Shown: piece by piece, positions 1 to 12,086 of the stretch
Layout of the letters: each line of letters opens with the position of its first letter
Position numbering within the stretch: the first letter of the stretch is position 1
NCBI GenBank assembly: GCA_045837725.1
Contig: JBEWZL010000038.1
Span: 62,001-126,000 of the forward strand
Source of the DNA: Vermamoeba vermiformis
Lineage: Eukaryota
Direction of reading: 5' to 3'
Length of the DNA stretch: 64,000 nt
The notes under the pieces: model-generated
The model's input: only the letters and a program-made list of their open reading frames with translations
What the model was told of the DNA's origin: nothing
The model's database searches: none
Made by a program: the position numbers and the translations under genes

Positions 1-2
1 GA

Positions 3-903
3 GGCACGTTTCAGCCAAGTATCAATAAAAATATGGAAAATAATTGGCAGGACGACAGTTCGGACGAAGAAATGGAAGAAGAATCAGCGCACATGTTGAA
101 TCCGAATGCGGATGCGGACATTATTCATCAATTGAACCCGAGAGAATTAGCAGCTGAAGCGGCAACATTACGATGGATGTCACAGCATAACAAAGACGTT
201 ATTAGAGAAGATCCAAAAACAGCAGATCCGCATGAAAAAATGGACGTTGAACCGACTCACGATCACTGCACATCATTTGCATAGTCACGGACATGCAATT
301 AATAATCAAAATTCTGCAAATAAGCCAGTAGTTAGTGACCAGCCAAAAGTCCCGGTTCAACCTAAACAACAAGAAGTTTCAGTGAAAAAAGAGCCGTGGG
401 AATGTCCCTCGTGTCATTACCACAACGAAGTGACAGAAAATATCTGTGAAATTTGTCAAAATCATCGATCAAATGTCCCCGCGCCAGCACCAGAGAACGT
501 AATCGGAAAGAACGCCGAAGAAATTAAAACGGAAATTAACTCCGAAGCGGATCTGGTCAACATTCACGATTCAACTGCAAATTTGGGAGAAAAATTAGAA
601 CAAGCGATGAATAATTTTATAGTCTCTGTTACTGGTCCTGAAGCTAAGGCCGGTTTATCGACAATTTTCACCATTTGCAAGAATATTTTGGAGAATCCGA
701 ACGAACAAAAATTCAAAAGCGTGCCATTGGCCAATAAGAATTTCAACGCTAAAGTCGGAAGATTTCCGAAAGCCATTGAAGTAATGAAAGTTATTGGGTT
801 CAAAGAAGATCCGACAAAAGGCACAATTTCATTCGCTAGAAACGATCCTGTATTATTATGGCTTGCTAAATCGACTATTGAAAGCAAAATATCTGTTTTA
901 TAA
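3..903 (+). CDS. PUB-domain protein with RanBP2/NZF-type zinc finger (p97/ubiquitin adaptor); probably 5'-partial; one +1 frameshift at ~266-267
   Basis: WECPSCHYHNEVTENICEIC fits the RanBP2 zinc finger. ICKNILENPNEQKFKSVPLANKNF...VIGF fits a PUB domain. The frame is open from base 3. ORFs 33-284 and 232-903 join by removing one base (HDH-AHHLHSHGH). Confidence 0.75.
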
Positions 904-993
904 ATTGTAAATAACTAACAATCAAAATGTAAATAAAAAAGTGTTTTTTCAACGTTTAGTCAAACGAATGTTGGATCTGCATCAAAATATTTA

Positions 994-2816
994 CTATTTA
1001 AGGCAAATATCGCAAACATTATCTTCGATCCATAACGCTTGTAATCGCTTCCTAGCATCTGCTTCTTTTCCAATTTTGGATCTGTCGCTCGCAATCTGAA
1101 TTAACTTTTTCATTTGGTTTGCATCAAAGGTGACTTGTTTAGAATAAGGATTGCTATCTCTTTGAAATACGTATTGCAAAATCTGGAATAAAATCTCGCT
1201 TGGAATTGTTGCAAATACTCCTCTGTCTTTTGTCAAATAAATTGTCCGCAAGATGCTTAAGCAGTGGACGACCGCTTTAAAATTCGTTAATAATTTTGCT
1301 CTATCCATATTAAAAATTCTTAGTTTGTCCAAATTGGCTTGTCCTCGTGGATAACAACGAACTTGTAGGAACGGATTTCGACTGGATGCGTACACAAAAT
1401 CGTTCCAATAATAAAATTCTTTGATCTTAATCTGTTGAATCGAAGTATGATGTATCAATGTATCTATTAAGTTCTCTTGTTGGTGCAAATCTAAGTCCAT
1501 TTTCGAATACTAAAGTTTGGATCGGCGATGACGGCTCGACCAATTTTCCAAGATCTAACGGATCAAAATTTCCTCGATGTTCTGTATCTTCTCTAGCTCT
1601 AAATATCAATTTACGAAGCGATCTATATAACACAGTAATTAATTACTATTAGAACCGGTAGAGAGATCTTACTTCATTGAAAGTAATGACTTATTCATCT
1701 CATCATCCACCATTAGTTGTTTCAAGGGTACTTCCAATACCTCTATTACAGTATTGGTCGATATTGTCTTAATTAACGGGCATATCAGCATTCCAGGCAA
1801 GATCAATTTTCGCAAAGTCGGATGTGATGCTATTGTTGTCGCTAATAACTCTGTTTCTTCGCTTGCGTTCGATCAAATCGGCGCTGTTGTCATAAAAATC
1901 GATTTTTTCTAAGAATTTGTTGCCGGAAATAGCTTCGCTGAGGGATCTGTAGTGCTTTAGTCGTACGTGTCCAATTCGAAATTTGAGGAGTTCCAAAGAG
2001 CCCATTTTTGCTAAAGCTGGTAATAAATGTTCTTCTATTGTGAGACTAGGGCCTATTAGCTCTAAGCAAGTTATTGTATGATTTTCTGCGAGAATGGCTG
2101 CGATCTCGGATTCGTTTTCTACTCCGGATAATTTCAGTCGTTTAACGGTTTTGTTTTTCTTAAGTCCTACTAGACCTTTGATAGAATGCAGCGAAAGATT
2201 CTTTGCTGGCAGATTTAATCTCAGATCGAGGTTGACGATGGATTTGTTTTTCTCCAAGAATTTTTTGAATAGCGACGTTGAATTTGCTGATAATAGTGCG
2301 TTTGTTTCTAGCGATCGTATTCTGCATTTTTTGGACGTGAGCAGTTTGAAAAAAGATTTTGTTTGATCTGAACTTGGCAAAAGATCCGAGATACCGAGCT
2401 CTAACGCGTAATATTTACCATATTCTTCTAGTGTTTTAAATATTTCAATTATTTTGGGCAATTTGTATGGCATTTGAATTACTGAAATGTTGATTGTGAA
2501 TTTGTTTGCTATTATTGAATCCGTTTTCAAGCCTTCTATCAATAAATCAAACGGTTCTTCGCCCGTAGTGATTGAAATAATATATGGATTATGTCTCCAT
2601 AATTCTGGAAGCTTGGATCCGTGTATTTCGACAAATTCTTGCCAATTCTAAAATTGCATCCGTTAGTGCGCCATTAACTCTAGCCTCGGAAAATTTTTAC
2701 ATATTAATTTGAATATAATATATAATTTTTGAACGCAATATTCTGAGTTTCAGAAATAAAACAGAAATAGAGCGGATTTGGGTTGTTTCAATAACCATTT
2801 TTACCTCGTAGCTCAT
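994..2816 (-). CDS. RI-like leucine-rich-repeat protein; two +1 frameshifts (~1873, ~1504)
   Basis: Exon 1 is ATGAGCTACGAG|GTAAAA at 2816. Repeats include NKSIVNLDL, NKTVKRLKL, NHTITCLEL and HPTLRKLIL. GTAAGA intron near 1670. Confidence 0.7.
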
Positions 2817-3072
2817 TGCCTATGGATGAAAATAATACTATTGCATAATTTTCTTAGAGTTAGCTTGTGTTATCCATTTCAAGGAAGGTTTGGTTAAAAT
2901 AACTTGAAACGGGCAAAAAATGTTTTACGTCGTCACGAATTTGAATTTTCATAAAGCTACATGAAGCCAGTGCGTTCGCGAAAAATATTGGTTATGTATT
3001 AACTAAGGTCCTTGTAAATGAAAATTGAAGGATTGTTCTTCTAAGATTGGGCCTTGGCAATTTTTAGAGTAT

Positions 3073-4656
3073 TTATTTTCGCAAGACGTTATCGTACAAA
3101 TCAAACTTGTTATTAAAGTCATAATAGCCTGTTGACCGCACACTTATTGATTTGCAGGCACTTTGCACCTCTTTATCTACTAATATAGCGCTTTCTTTGC
3201 CTCGGATCTGATCGAACTCTCTCGGGATCAGACTGACGGAATTATTCCGTACATCCAGTGTTATCATATTCTTACAATTAGCTAGTTGTATAGGAACCGC
3301 TGTGAGCTTATTATTCGACGCCAAAAGTTGTTTCAAATTCGTTAATTTTCCGAGTGACTCGGGTAATTCTGTCAAATGATTCCAAGAAAGCCATAATAAC
3401 TCTAATAATATTAAATCTCCTATATCACTCGGAATACTTCGTAATTGGTTCGTATCGGCTTTCAATACTTTGAGATTTTTCAGTGAACAAATTTCATTGG
3501 GCACTTCGGTCAATCGGTTGTTGCTAATGTCCAAATAAGTCAATGCTTGCATAGCTGCAATATTATTAGAGATCTTCGATAGGTGATTGTTCTTCATCGA
3601 TAAGTACTGCAAATTGATTAAGCTGCAAATGTCCTCCGTTAATTCTCGGATCTGATTATTTTCCGCTTCAAAATGCATGAGCTCCTTATTATTGAATTTT
3701 GGCAGTTCAATTAGCTTATTATCGTTGAATATTAGTCTTCTTAATTGATTCATCGTTGAAATTTCAGGTACTTGATCCACTCCAGCACGAATAATGAGTT
3801 GCGTTAAATTTGATAAATTTTTGAGTTCTTGTGGCACTGCTTGCATTGCCTTCTTTTGCGTAATTTCCAAGGATTTTAATCCAATTAATTCTCCGAGCTC
3901 ACGTAGGTAACGTATCTAATTGATTGTAACGAAGTGTAACGGATTCGAGTGAGCGCATCTGACCAAGGGTTTTGGGCAATTGAGTTATTTTGTTATTATT
4001 GATAGTTAAATCAACTAAACTGGTTAAATTGCTGATATATTCCGGAATATTTGTCAATTTGTTGTGCGCCAAAATAAGCGTACGGAGATTATAACCAGAG
4101 TTGTTTTGTCCCATGAGCAGATCCAATCGTGTAATGTATCCTTTAGCTCTAGCATATTGTAATTCTATTAAATTGGTCGTTTGGTCGGGTAAATCTAGTG
4201 TTATTTTCTTAGGACGTTGAAGCATGTTGACGATCTGGAATTGATCCAAATTTAATCTCGTTAACTGTGTTAATTGGCCAATAGTCTCGGGGAGATATGT
4301 CATATAGTTATGTTCTAACGATAATGACCTATTAAATAAAAATTTGTCAATACCAAACGGATCTGCTACTCGATCGGAGCTGTAACGGGTTACCTGAGCG
4401 AAATTAATTGACCAATTTCCGATGGCAGCGTTGGAGCTTCACAATAACTAATATGCATATGTTCTAAATTTGTAAGGGCTCGGATCTCACGAGGTACCGA
4501 AGGAAATCCGCATTTTTCTAGATGCATTGAACGTAAGTGCGTGAGGCGAGAAATATTCGCAGGAAATATTGGCGCTGTTTGAATTATCTTCAATTCACTA
4601 CTATTATTGACTTCACATTCGTAGATCTTCTTTATAAACGGATTTTGCGTTGCCAT
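3073..4656 (-). CDS. Typical (SHOC2/LRRC-like) leucine-rich-repeat protein; +1 frameshift at ~3901
   Basis: Many LxxLxLxxNxLxxLPxxI repeats. One intron at ~4330-4392. LDTLPT-ELGELIGLKSLEI is restored by removing one base. Confidence 0.85.
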
Positions 4657-5111
4657 CTAGTATCTTTCTTTTCAAAAATCTGTAAATCAAACATTAGACT
4701 CTAAAATAAGTTGATGTAATATTTTTTAGTAATAGAAGGACAATTATGAATAAAACTATTGTAATTAAAGACATAACGGCTATTTATAAACTTAAAAATT
4801 TATTAGATCGAGTTCAAAAATTGGCAATCTTGCTAATACGTAAAATTTTAGTGTATATGAGCTGAATGACGTCGCTTATTTCACTAAAAGCGACCAAGAT
4901 TTTGTGACTCATCCGAGATGAACTCAGCCAAGAAAAAATATCTCGCTTAAAATTGTTTTAATCCTTACTTTATCTTCGTCAATATAATGCCTCTATTATT
5001 TCATTACTGTTACATATGGTGAATCCTTCTTGCACAACGAGCAAAGAGTGTTTTCAGCCACGTCATTTAGTTTTGTCAAAAACAGATCAATGAAAGGACA
5101 CAGAAGGAAAT

Positions 5112-7410
5112 ATGAATTCATTAATTAGTTATATATCCGCTTCTAAGACGCGGTTGTATATAGCAAGGTAATAATAGCAATCAAGACTTGCACTACAGTT
5201 TTCCGCGGATGGATGTGGATTTAAAGCTCCGCTGTGCAGTGAAGTCACGATTTATTCTTATTCTAATATGCATCTTATTATACAGCTTATCAAAAGCAAA
5301 TTTACCACAGTGCACTCATGCGTTGTTAAAGCTATTCCTGTTTTCTGGTAACGAGTAAGTAGATTCTAAATCCACTGAGGGACCTGTTCTCTGGTGCAAA
5401 TATATATTATTGGCACTATAGTGCTATAAATTGTTATTTTATAACTTAAACTCTTCCAAAAAGATCTAATCTGTAACACAAAAAATTCGAAAAAAATTTT
5501 CAGTCTCGGAATTAGCGGTGCATCATTTGTTTAATAGCACCAATATATCATGCTGAGCTGATATAAATTTCAATTTAATTAAATTTCGCCTTGTGATCCG
5601 TTATTTTTTCGAAAGTTTATTATTAAATCTTATATTTATTATTCCGTGACATTTTACATGCATAATGTAACATATGATATGATCTATTTAAGCCATTTTA
5701 TTCTTTAACGGCCATTAAATTAATTAAAATCTGCCGTTTACGAGAATTGCGCAAATCTTAATGCCGATTACTAATAATACGCTTAATATTAATATAGAGA
5801 CCATCATTTCTTCGCGTACACTCAAACGCGCGATGAAGTGTCAATGGTGCTCACGGAGAGCAGTCTGTCGCTGTTCCCTGACAACGTCTTGAAAGTCACA
5901 GCGAGTCCTTGGCGCGCGTTATCAGTATCATTAGGCTCAAGTGGATATAGTACGTATATTCGTATAATATATACCTTAACATTCGACCAGGATCCAGCGT
6001 GAAAAAATACAAAAAAATTTAGATCTTGCATTAGAGCGCTGGAACTTTTTAATCGCGATTGTCGGTTATATTAATGTTATGATATATAGCGGGCACAGGA
6101 ATAATCAGCACATTGTCAAATATTCTCTCACAAGCAAAAATCAATATTTTTTATTTGTCCACGGCAAACACGGACTTTATTCTCGTGCAAGAAGAAAAGC
6201 TCGAAAAAGCAATTACATCACTGCGCGAGAACTTTGATATTTTGACAGAAGGCGAGGACACGCTGTTAGACGTAGCAGATGAAGAAAAATCAACGTTCGA
6301 CGTCACTTCGTTGAAACAAAATCTCGTGACAGTATCGAGTGCTGATGCTGTCGTGTTTGATCCGAGCAAGAGCGCGGGACTGACACTCTATCTCTTGCCT
6401 GATGTCATGTATTTGTGCAGGTACGTCGTTGTTTTATTGCTCTCAACAGACCACTCCACAACGAAATTTTTTAAGTGCAAAAATTTGACTCACTTCGGCG
6501 CTTTATCAAATTCAGTTAATTGTTTCGTACTTACCATTCGATATTGAATATTTTCGTGCACGAACGTAATGGCACCTCAAAGAAGAAGGCCTTAAAGGCT
6601 GGATCCGAAATTTTTTTAACACAAATCGATTTTTTTTTGGTTCGGCACGTTGCGGACGCGAATAAGCACAATACGCGAGGTCTCTACCATAGCTATTTCT
6701 TTCTTTTTTAACGACCGCATAAAAATTTTGAGCGGCCCTTCAACAAAGGCGCTGTAGTTAAGTGGTAAAATTCTTGCTTAGGGTGCAAGAGGCCCCGGTT
6801 CGATTCCGGGCAGCGCCCCACTAATTTTTTGCCATTTATTTTTGCGCCAATTTACTCGATTAATAAGGCATCAAACGGATTTTATCTAGATAAAACAATT
6901 TTGCTGGATCAAGATCTAATTTTTTTATTCAGTCTGGCGAAGGACAACCGCTCGTTGGTGGCTCAAGCACTGCTGCAGCACGTGTTCTATCCGGAATCAC
7001 CGGTTGGATTTTTCACTTTCGTCGAGACAGAAGACGAGATCTCGCTGCTGATCTCCAAAGAACACATCAAGCACTTCCCTGAAGACGCGTTCACAGTGTC
7101 GGATATTTGGCGACCAATTCAGCGATTTAGAAAGTCTAATTTTAGCGAAATTGGTGTTATTAGCGCTCTGTCAGCTCCGATCGCTCGTGCAAAAATTCCA
7201 ATTTTGTACATTAGTACTTTCACTTCCGCTTATTTGATGGTACGAAAAATATCACCATATACGCTACTACTTATTATAATGCTAAATACTAATGCTGTAT
7301 CTGTTCTTCAGGTCCAATACAAGAATGTTACGGCAACGACGATGTGCTTGGAGAGTCAGAAATATCACGTGGAGCAGCTCAAAATGAACGACGCACCACC
7401 TGTACTTTAA
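5112..7410 (+). CDS. CASTOR/GATS-like ACT-domain amino-acid sensor
   Basis: The spliced product MNSLISYISASKTRLYIASLSKANLPQCTHALLKLFLF...FFAYTQTRDEVSMVL...INIFYLSTANTDFILV...FFTFVETEDEISLL...IPILYISTFTSAYLMV matches the duplicated ACT architecture of CASTOR1/2. Confidence 0.8.
6748..6818 (+). tRNA. tRNA-Pro (anticodon AGG), inside intron 6421-6932 of the CASTOR-like gene
   Basis: Acceptor stem GGCGCTG/CAGCGCC; D-loop AGTGGT; anticodon arm CTTGC-TTAGGGT-GCAAG; T-loop TTCGATT; T6 Pol III terminator at 6825-6830. Confidence 0.95.
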
Positions 7411-7682
7411 ATTCTTAATAAAATAACATTTATCTAGGGCCCTCGCCAAGTTCTGATTGGCTAATTCTGATCTCAGTGTGCTGAAACTTTTAGATCCGCT
7501 TAAAACAGCAATAACTAATGGCGATGCTAAAAATGGTTCCATCGTTGAAGTAGGTGCAATTAATGGCGAAATAGGCTCCGCGGAACGTAAGATACTTTTT
7601 ACGTTATTCAACGAAATCACAAACTAAAAATAACATCACTCCTTCGGGTCTTTAGAAAGCGTATTTGGACACAAAGCACCAG

Positions 7683-9562
7683 ATGTGGATTTTAGCAACT
7701 TTGGTGTTGCTTTTTGCGCTGATCCTGCTGGGATTCAAAAGACGCTCGAAATTCTCCCAATTCAAAGGCATCTCATTATTGCAGGTGTTCTTTATAAAAA
7801 ATATTCATCACCGAATTACTGCTCTACGACACGAGAAATTAGTTGTATTGAACACTCCTGCATTTTCAGCAATTTTGGCCACCACTCCGGATAGCGTTAA
7901 AGTACGACTTCCTTTCTTTATTTCGGACTTAAATATACGATTCTAATATTCCTATTTTTAGTTTATTTTATCTGATGCAGAAAACTTCCCTAAGGCTCCT
8001 AGATTCGTTTTAGCGAACCAAAAAAAATATTCATTATTTAGCGTTAATAATATTTTGTTGTCAAACGGCGATCAATGGAGGTACGCACACCTCTAAAAAT
8101 TGCTAAAATTCTAATTACATTATTTTAGGCAATATCGTAACGTTTTATCACCACCTTTCCATTTTGACGCAGTGAAACAATGGATCCCGCACTTCCATCA
8201 ACTCACTCTCGAACTCATGCAACACTGGACACCTCTCGTCAACAAAAACGAATCAATTGATGTTGTACGATGGTTACCTCTGTTTACTCTCGATGTGCTT
8301 GGTACCACTGTGTTGAGCAGATCTTTCGACGCGATGAAAGGCAAAGAAGACAAAGAACTGGCCGCACTTTCAGTGCTATTACAAAGTGCAGTCAGACCTT
8401 CAGTTATGGTCTTAGGTATCGTAAGTGATTCGATCACCATGGTTGATCAATCCTTCTCACTTCGCCTAATCTTCTCGTTGCAGCTTGAGAAATTGACGGG
8501 CATTACGATGTTGGGCGAATTGTACAAGAGCGTTGAGATCTTGGACAAATACTTCTTCGAGATTATTAACGTAAGTGTTTTTATTCATGCTAGTCAGTTG
8601 TGCCCTCTCATCAAAGAGGTCACAGCTGTAATTTATGAGTGAGATTAACTTACTAACGGAGTTGCTTAGTCTCGTAAAAACAAAAAGACTAACGACGGAA
8701 AGTTCGACTTGATCGATGTCATGTTGAGCGCTCATGACCCGACTTGGGATGATCACGAGGTAAGTACAAGCAATGAAAACATCTCTAGCTCGGCAACCAC
8801 TAACATAGAAGTACTACAGCTCGTGTCAAACGCGTTCATCATGTTCGTAGCGGGTCACGAAACCACCTCCAATGCGCTGAGTTGGTTATTGTATCACTTG
8901 GCAATCAACAAACACGTGCAAGAGAAAGTCGCAGAAGAAGTGCAAAGAGTGTTGAACGGCAAGCCCGTCGATCAAGATTCACTAAAAGAACTGACCTACA
9001 TGAACAACGTGATTAAAGAGAACATGCGCATGCAACCACCAGTGCTATTAACTGCTACACGTGTCGCTGAAAAGGACGTCGAGTACGAAGGCAAGGTTAT
9101 TCCAAAGGGCGTAAGTATTGAAATGATAAAAGAATTCCATCAAATTTTGACACGTGTCAATTTGTCAGGCTCGAGTCGGTGTTGACATTTACGCGATCCA
9201 TCATTCCCCTGAGATCTGGGACAATCCTGAAGAGTTCAATCCTGATCGATTCAATAAACCTACTGTGCCGTTCAGCTATCTTCCGTTTTCACTCAAGTCA
9301 CGTGCTTGGTATGTTCTTTCATGAAATTTCTGGCCACATCTTGCAACACGTTCTATCCGGCTTTCTCTTGCAACATTGTTCTAATATGCTCTTATATTGT
9401 AGCCTTGGCAATCAATTCTCGTTGGTGGAACAAGCAGTTTTCTTTGCAACGTTCTTGCAACACTTCAAAGTCGAATCCATTCGCGCGTTCAAGCCGATCA
9501 CTGGCAATCATCCGGCCTTCAACCAACCTAAGGAACTCAAAGTCAGCTTGAACAAGATTTAA
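7683..9562 (+). CDS. Cytochrome P450, copy 1 (intact)
   Basis: N-terminal TM anchor, I-helix AGHETT, K-helix ENMR (ExxR), PDRF, and heme motif FSLKSRAC|LG with the Cys codon split by an intron. Eight exons splice in frame. Confidence 0.95.
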
Positions 9563-9854
9563 TTGGACACGTTAATGATATACTAATAGTTATTGTAAGG
9601 TACGTGTAAATAGATATTTTAGCGTTAGCGTTTCAATTATCCTGGTAAAAATTTTCGAACGAACTCAGTAGTGATAGCATTGGTAATTAAATTGTTACCA
9701 AGTTGATTGAAACACAGCCGATGAAATTTCGGCTATTTTCCTCCCTCGGATCGACAACCTCCGCGGCGGGTGGAAGATTCCTTCGCCCGAAGTAAGGCCG
9801 GAGTATAAAATAACTAATCAGATAGACCCTCGGGCAATAGTTAATTTTAAAGTA

Positions 9855-11998
9855 ATGTCGGTCATACTTGCTATTTTTGCCGCATTAGCTGCAATTGTTT
9901 CTTGGAGGTACAAACTGCATACGAACAAATACAAACACTTCAAGGGCGTTTCATTATTCGGCTTCTTGTTCCAACAAGGATCATCATAAGAGAATAGCAT
10001 CATCAGATAGCAAGTTCGGATGCATCGATACACCTGCATTCACAATGGTTCTTGCAACACATCCGGATTCGGCCAAAGTAAGACTACTGTAGTAAATGCT
10101 ATCCTCATTATATTATTAACGTATATATCTAGCATGTCTTATCGAATCCTGAAGAAGAAGAGGCGAAGAGGCGAACCGTCGGCGCGGGGGGGAACAGAGA
10201 GACTGCCATGTCGGCACACGGAGCCGGCCCGCCGGGGTTTCACCCCACACCGCCCATATTTTATTATATTGATTTAACGCGCGGAGCGAGCACGACCAGG
10301 CCCCCGCTTTGATTCTTGGATGCGGCTGATATTTGCGCGTGCTATTGTTGGTTTGGGGGGCTGTCTTTTGTTTTTTGGTTTTTTGGAGCTGTGGTTGTGT
10401 TGGCTAGAGCGGGGGGGGCGGGAGTTGGGAGGGCGAGAGGTGTCGTGGGATGTGGCGTATAAAGTTACCGAATCCTGAAACCTTCCCTAAAGCCTACAGA
10501 AACACTTTCAAGAATTCTGAAAAATTGTTTACGCAGAACATTTTGCTTACTAACGGCGAGCAGTGGAGGTATGCTTTGACATATCGCGGATCTCATGTGG
10601 TACTAATACAAGTTATTAGACAATATCGTAACGTTTTATCGCCACCATTCCATTTTGACGCGGTAAAACAATGGATCCCGCACTTCCATCAACTCACTCT
10701 CGAACTCATGCAACACTGGACACCTCTTGTCGACAAGAACGAATCAATTGATGTTGTACGATGGATGCCGCTGTTTACTCTCGATGTGCTTGGTTTGACA
10801 GTTCTGAGTCGCTCGTTCAATGCGATGAAAGGAGCTGAAGACAAGGACCTCGCTGCGATCAATGAAATCTTTGCAGGCATGAACAAGCCATCCACGATGA
10901 TTTTAGGCAGCGTAAGTGACACTCTCATGTACGAAATTGCGTGACTAACATTAATACATCATTCACGTTAGTTGGAACTCAAGACCGGAGTGACCGTTTT
11001 GCCCGAACTGAATAAAGCAGTGGATCACATCGAGTCATTCCTCAACGAAATTATTAACGTACGTATTAGTAGATTCCATATCATTGATTATCTGCGACTA
11101 ACGGTACTTGTCAAGGCACGAAAAACAGCGAAGAAACAAGAAAGTCAATTCGACTTGATCGATGTCATGTTGAGCGCTCATGATCCCACTTGGAGCCAAA
11201 GAGAGGTCCGTAGAATGATAGTAATAACGTTAGTAATGGCTAACACTCTTCTCAAGTTGATCTCCAATGCGTTCATTTTGTTCGTGGCAGGTCACGAAAC
11301 CACAGCTACAGCGCTGACTTGGTTGTTCTATCACTTGGCAACCAACAAACACGTGCAAGATAAAGTCATCGGAGAAGTACAACGAGTGTTGAACGGCAAG
11401 CCAATCACTCAAGACACGATCAAAGAACTGACCTACATGAACAACGTGATCAAAGAGAACTTGCGCATGCAACCACCAGTGCTCATGATGGCCACAAGAG
11501 TCGCTGAAAACGACGAAGAGTTCGAAGGCAATGTCATTCCACAAGGTGTAAGTACTTAGTGAATCGTGATCATTATTGATGACTGACACGTGACCTTTTG
11601 ATGAAGACACGTGTTGGTGTGAACATCTACGCCATTCATCACTCACCCCAAGTGTGGGAAAATCCTGAAGAGTTCAATCCTGATCGATTCAACAAGCCTA
11701 CAGTGCCCTTCAGCTATCTTCCGTTCTCACTCAAGTCACGCGCTTGGTACGTTCTCTTTCATGCAAATCTGGAACACGTTCTATCCGTATGAAAAATCTG
11801 GGTTGATCTTATACCATTGTTCTAATACACTCTTGTAGCCTTGGCAATCAATTCTCGTTGGTGGAACAAGCAGTGTTTTTTGCAACGTTCTTGCAGCACT
11901 TCAAAGTCGATTCCATTCGGGCGTTCAAACCAAAAAGCGGTGGAAATCCAATGTTCAATCAAGCCAAAGAACTTAAAGTTGCTCTAGAAAAGCATTGA
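9855..11998 (+). pseudogene. Cytochrome P450, copy 2; disrupted as assembled (extra C at 9975 and 315-bp insertion in exon 2)
   Basis: Same exon structure and motifs as copies 1 and 3. Reads TTCCAA[C]AAGGAT versus TTCCAAAAGGAT in copy 3. The insertion splits HVLSNPE|TFPKA. Confidence 0.7.
10154..10468. mobile_element. 315-bp GC-rich insertion flanked by 11-bp direct repeat CGAATCCTGAA (10143-10153 and 10469-10479); SINE/retroposon-like element or read artefact
   Basis: Removing the insert plus one repeat restores the P450 exon (compare [12 protein letters not shown] in copy 3). Composition differs sharply from the flanks. (GAA)n at the left end. Confidence 0.55.
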
Positions 11999-12086
11999 TC
12001 CGGGTAGAAAAAACTTCGATATTTCCGTCTAGTGACAAAACCATGTTAATTGAAATGCTTTGCATAGGTTTATTTCTATATGCAAT

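Noticed and set aside
6818..6820. Genome-encoded CCA on the tRNA
   Set aside because: After discriminator C6818 only CA follows, so it is coincidental.
10154..10468. Hammerhead/HDV ribozyme, group II domain V or tRNA-derived SINE head in the insertion
   Set aside because: No CTGANGA/GAAA core, domain V consensus or clear A/B boxes found by eye.
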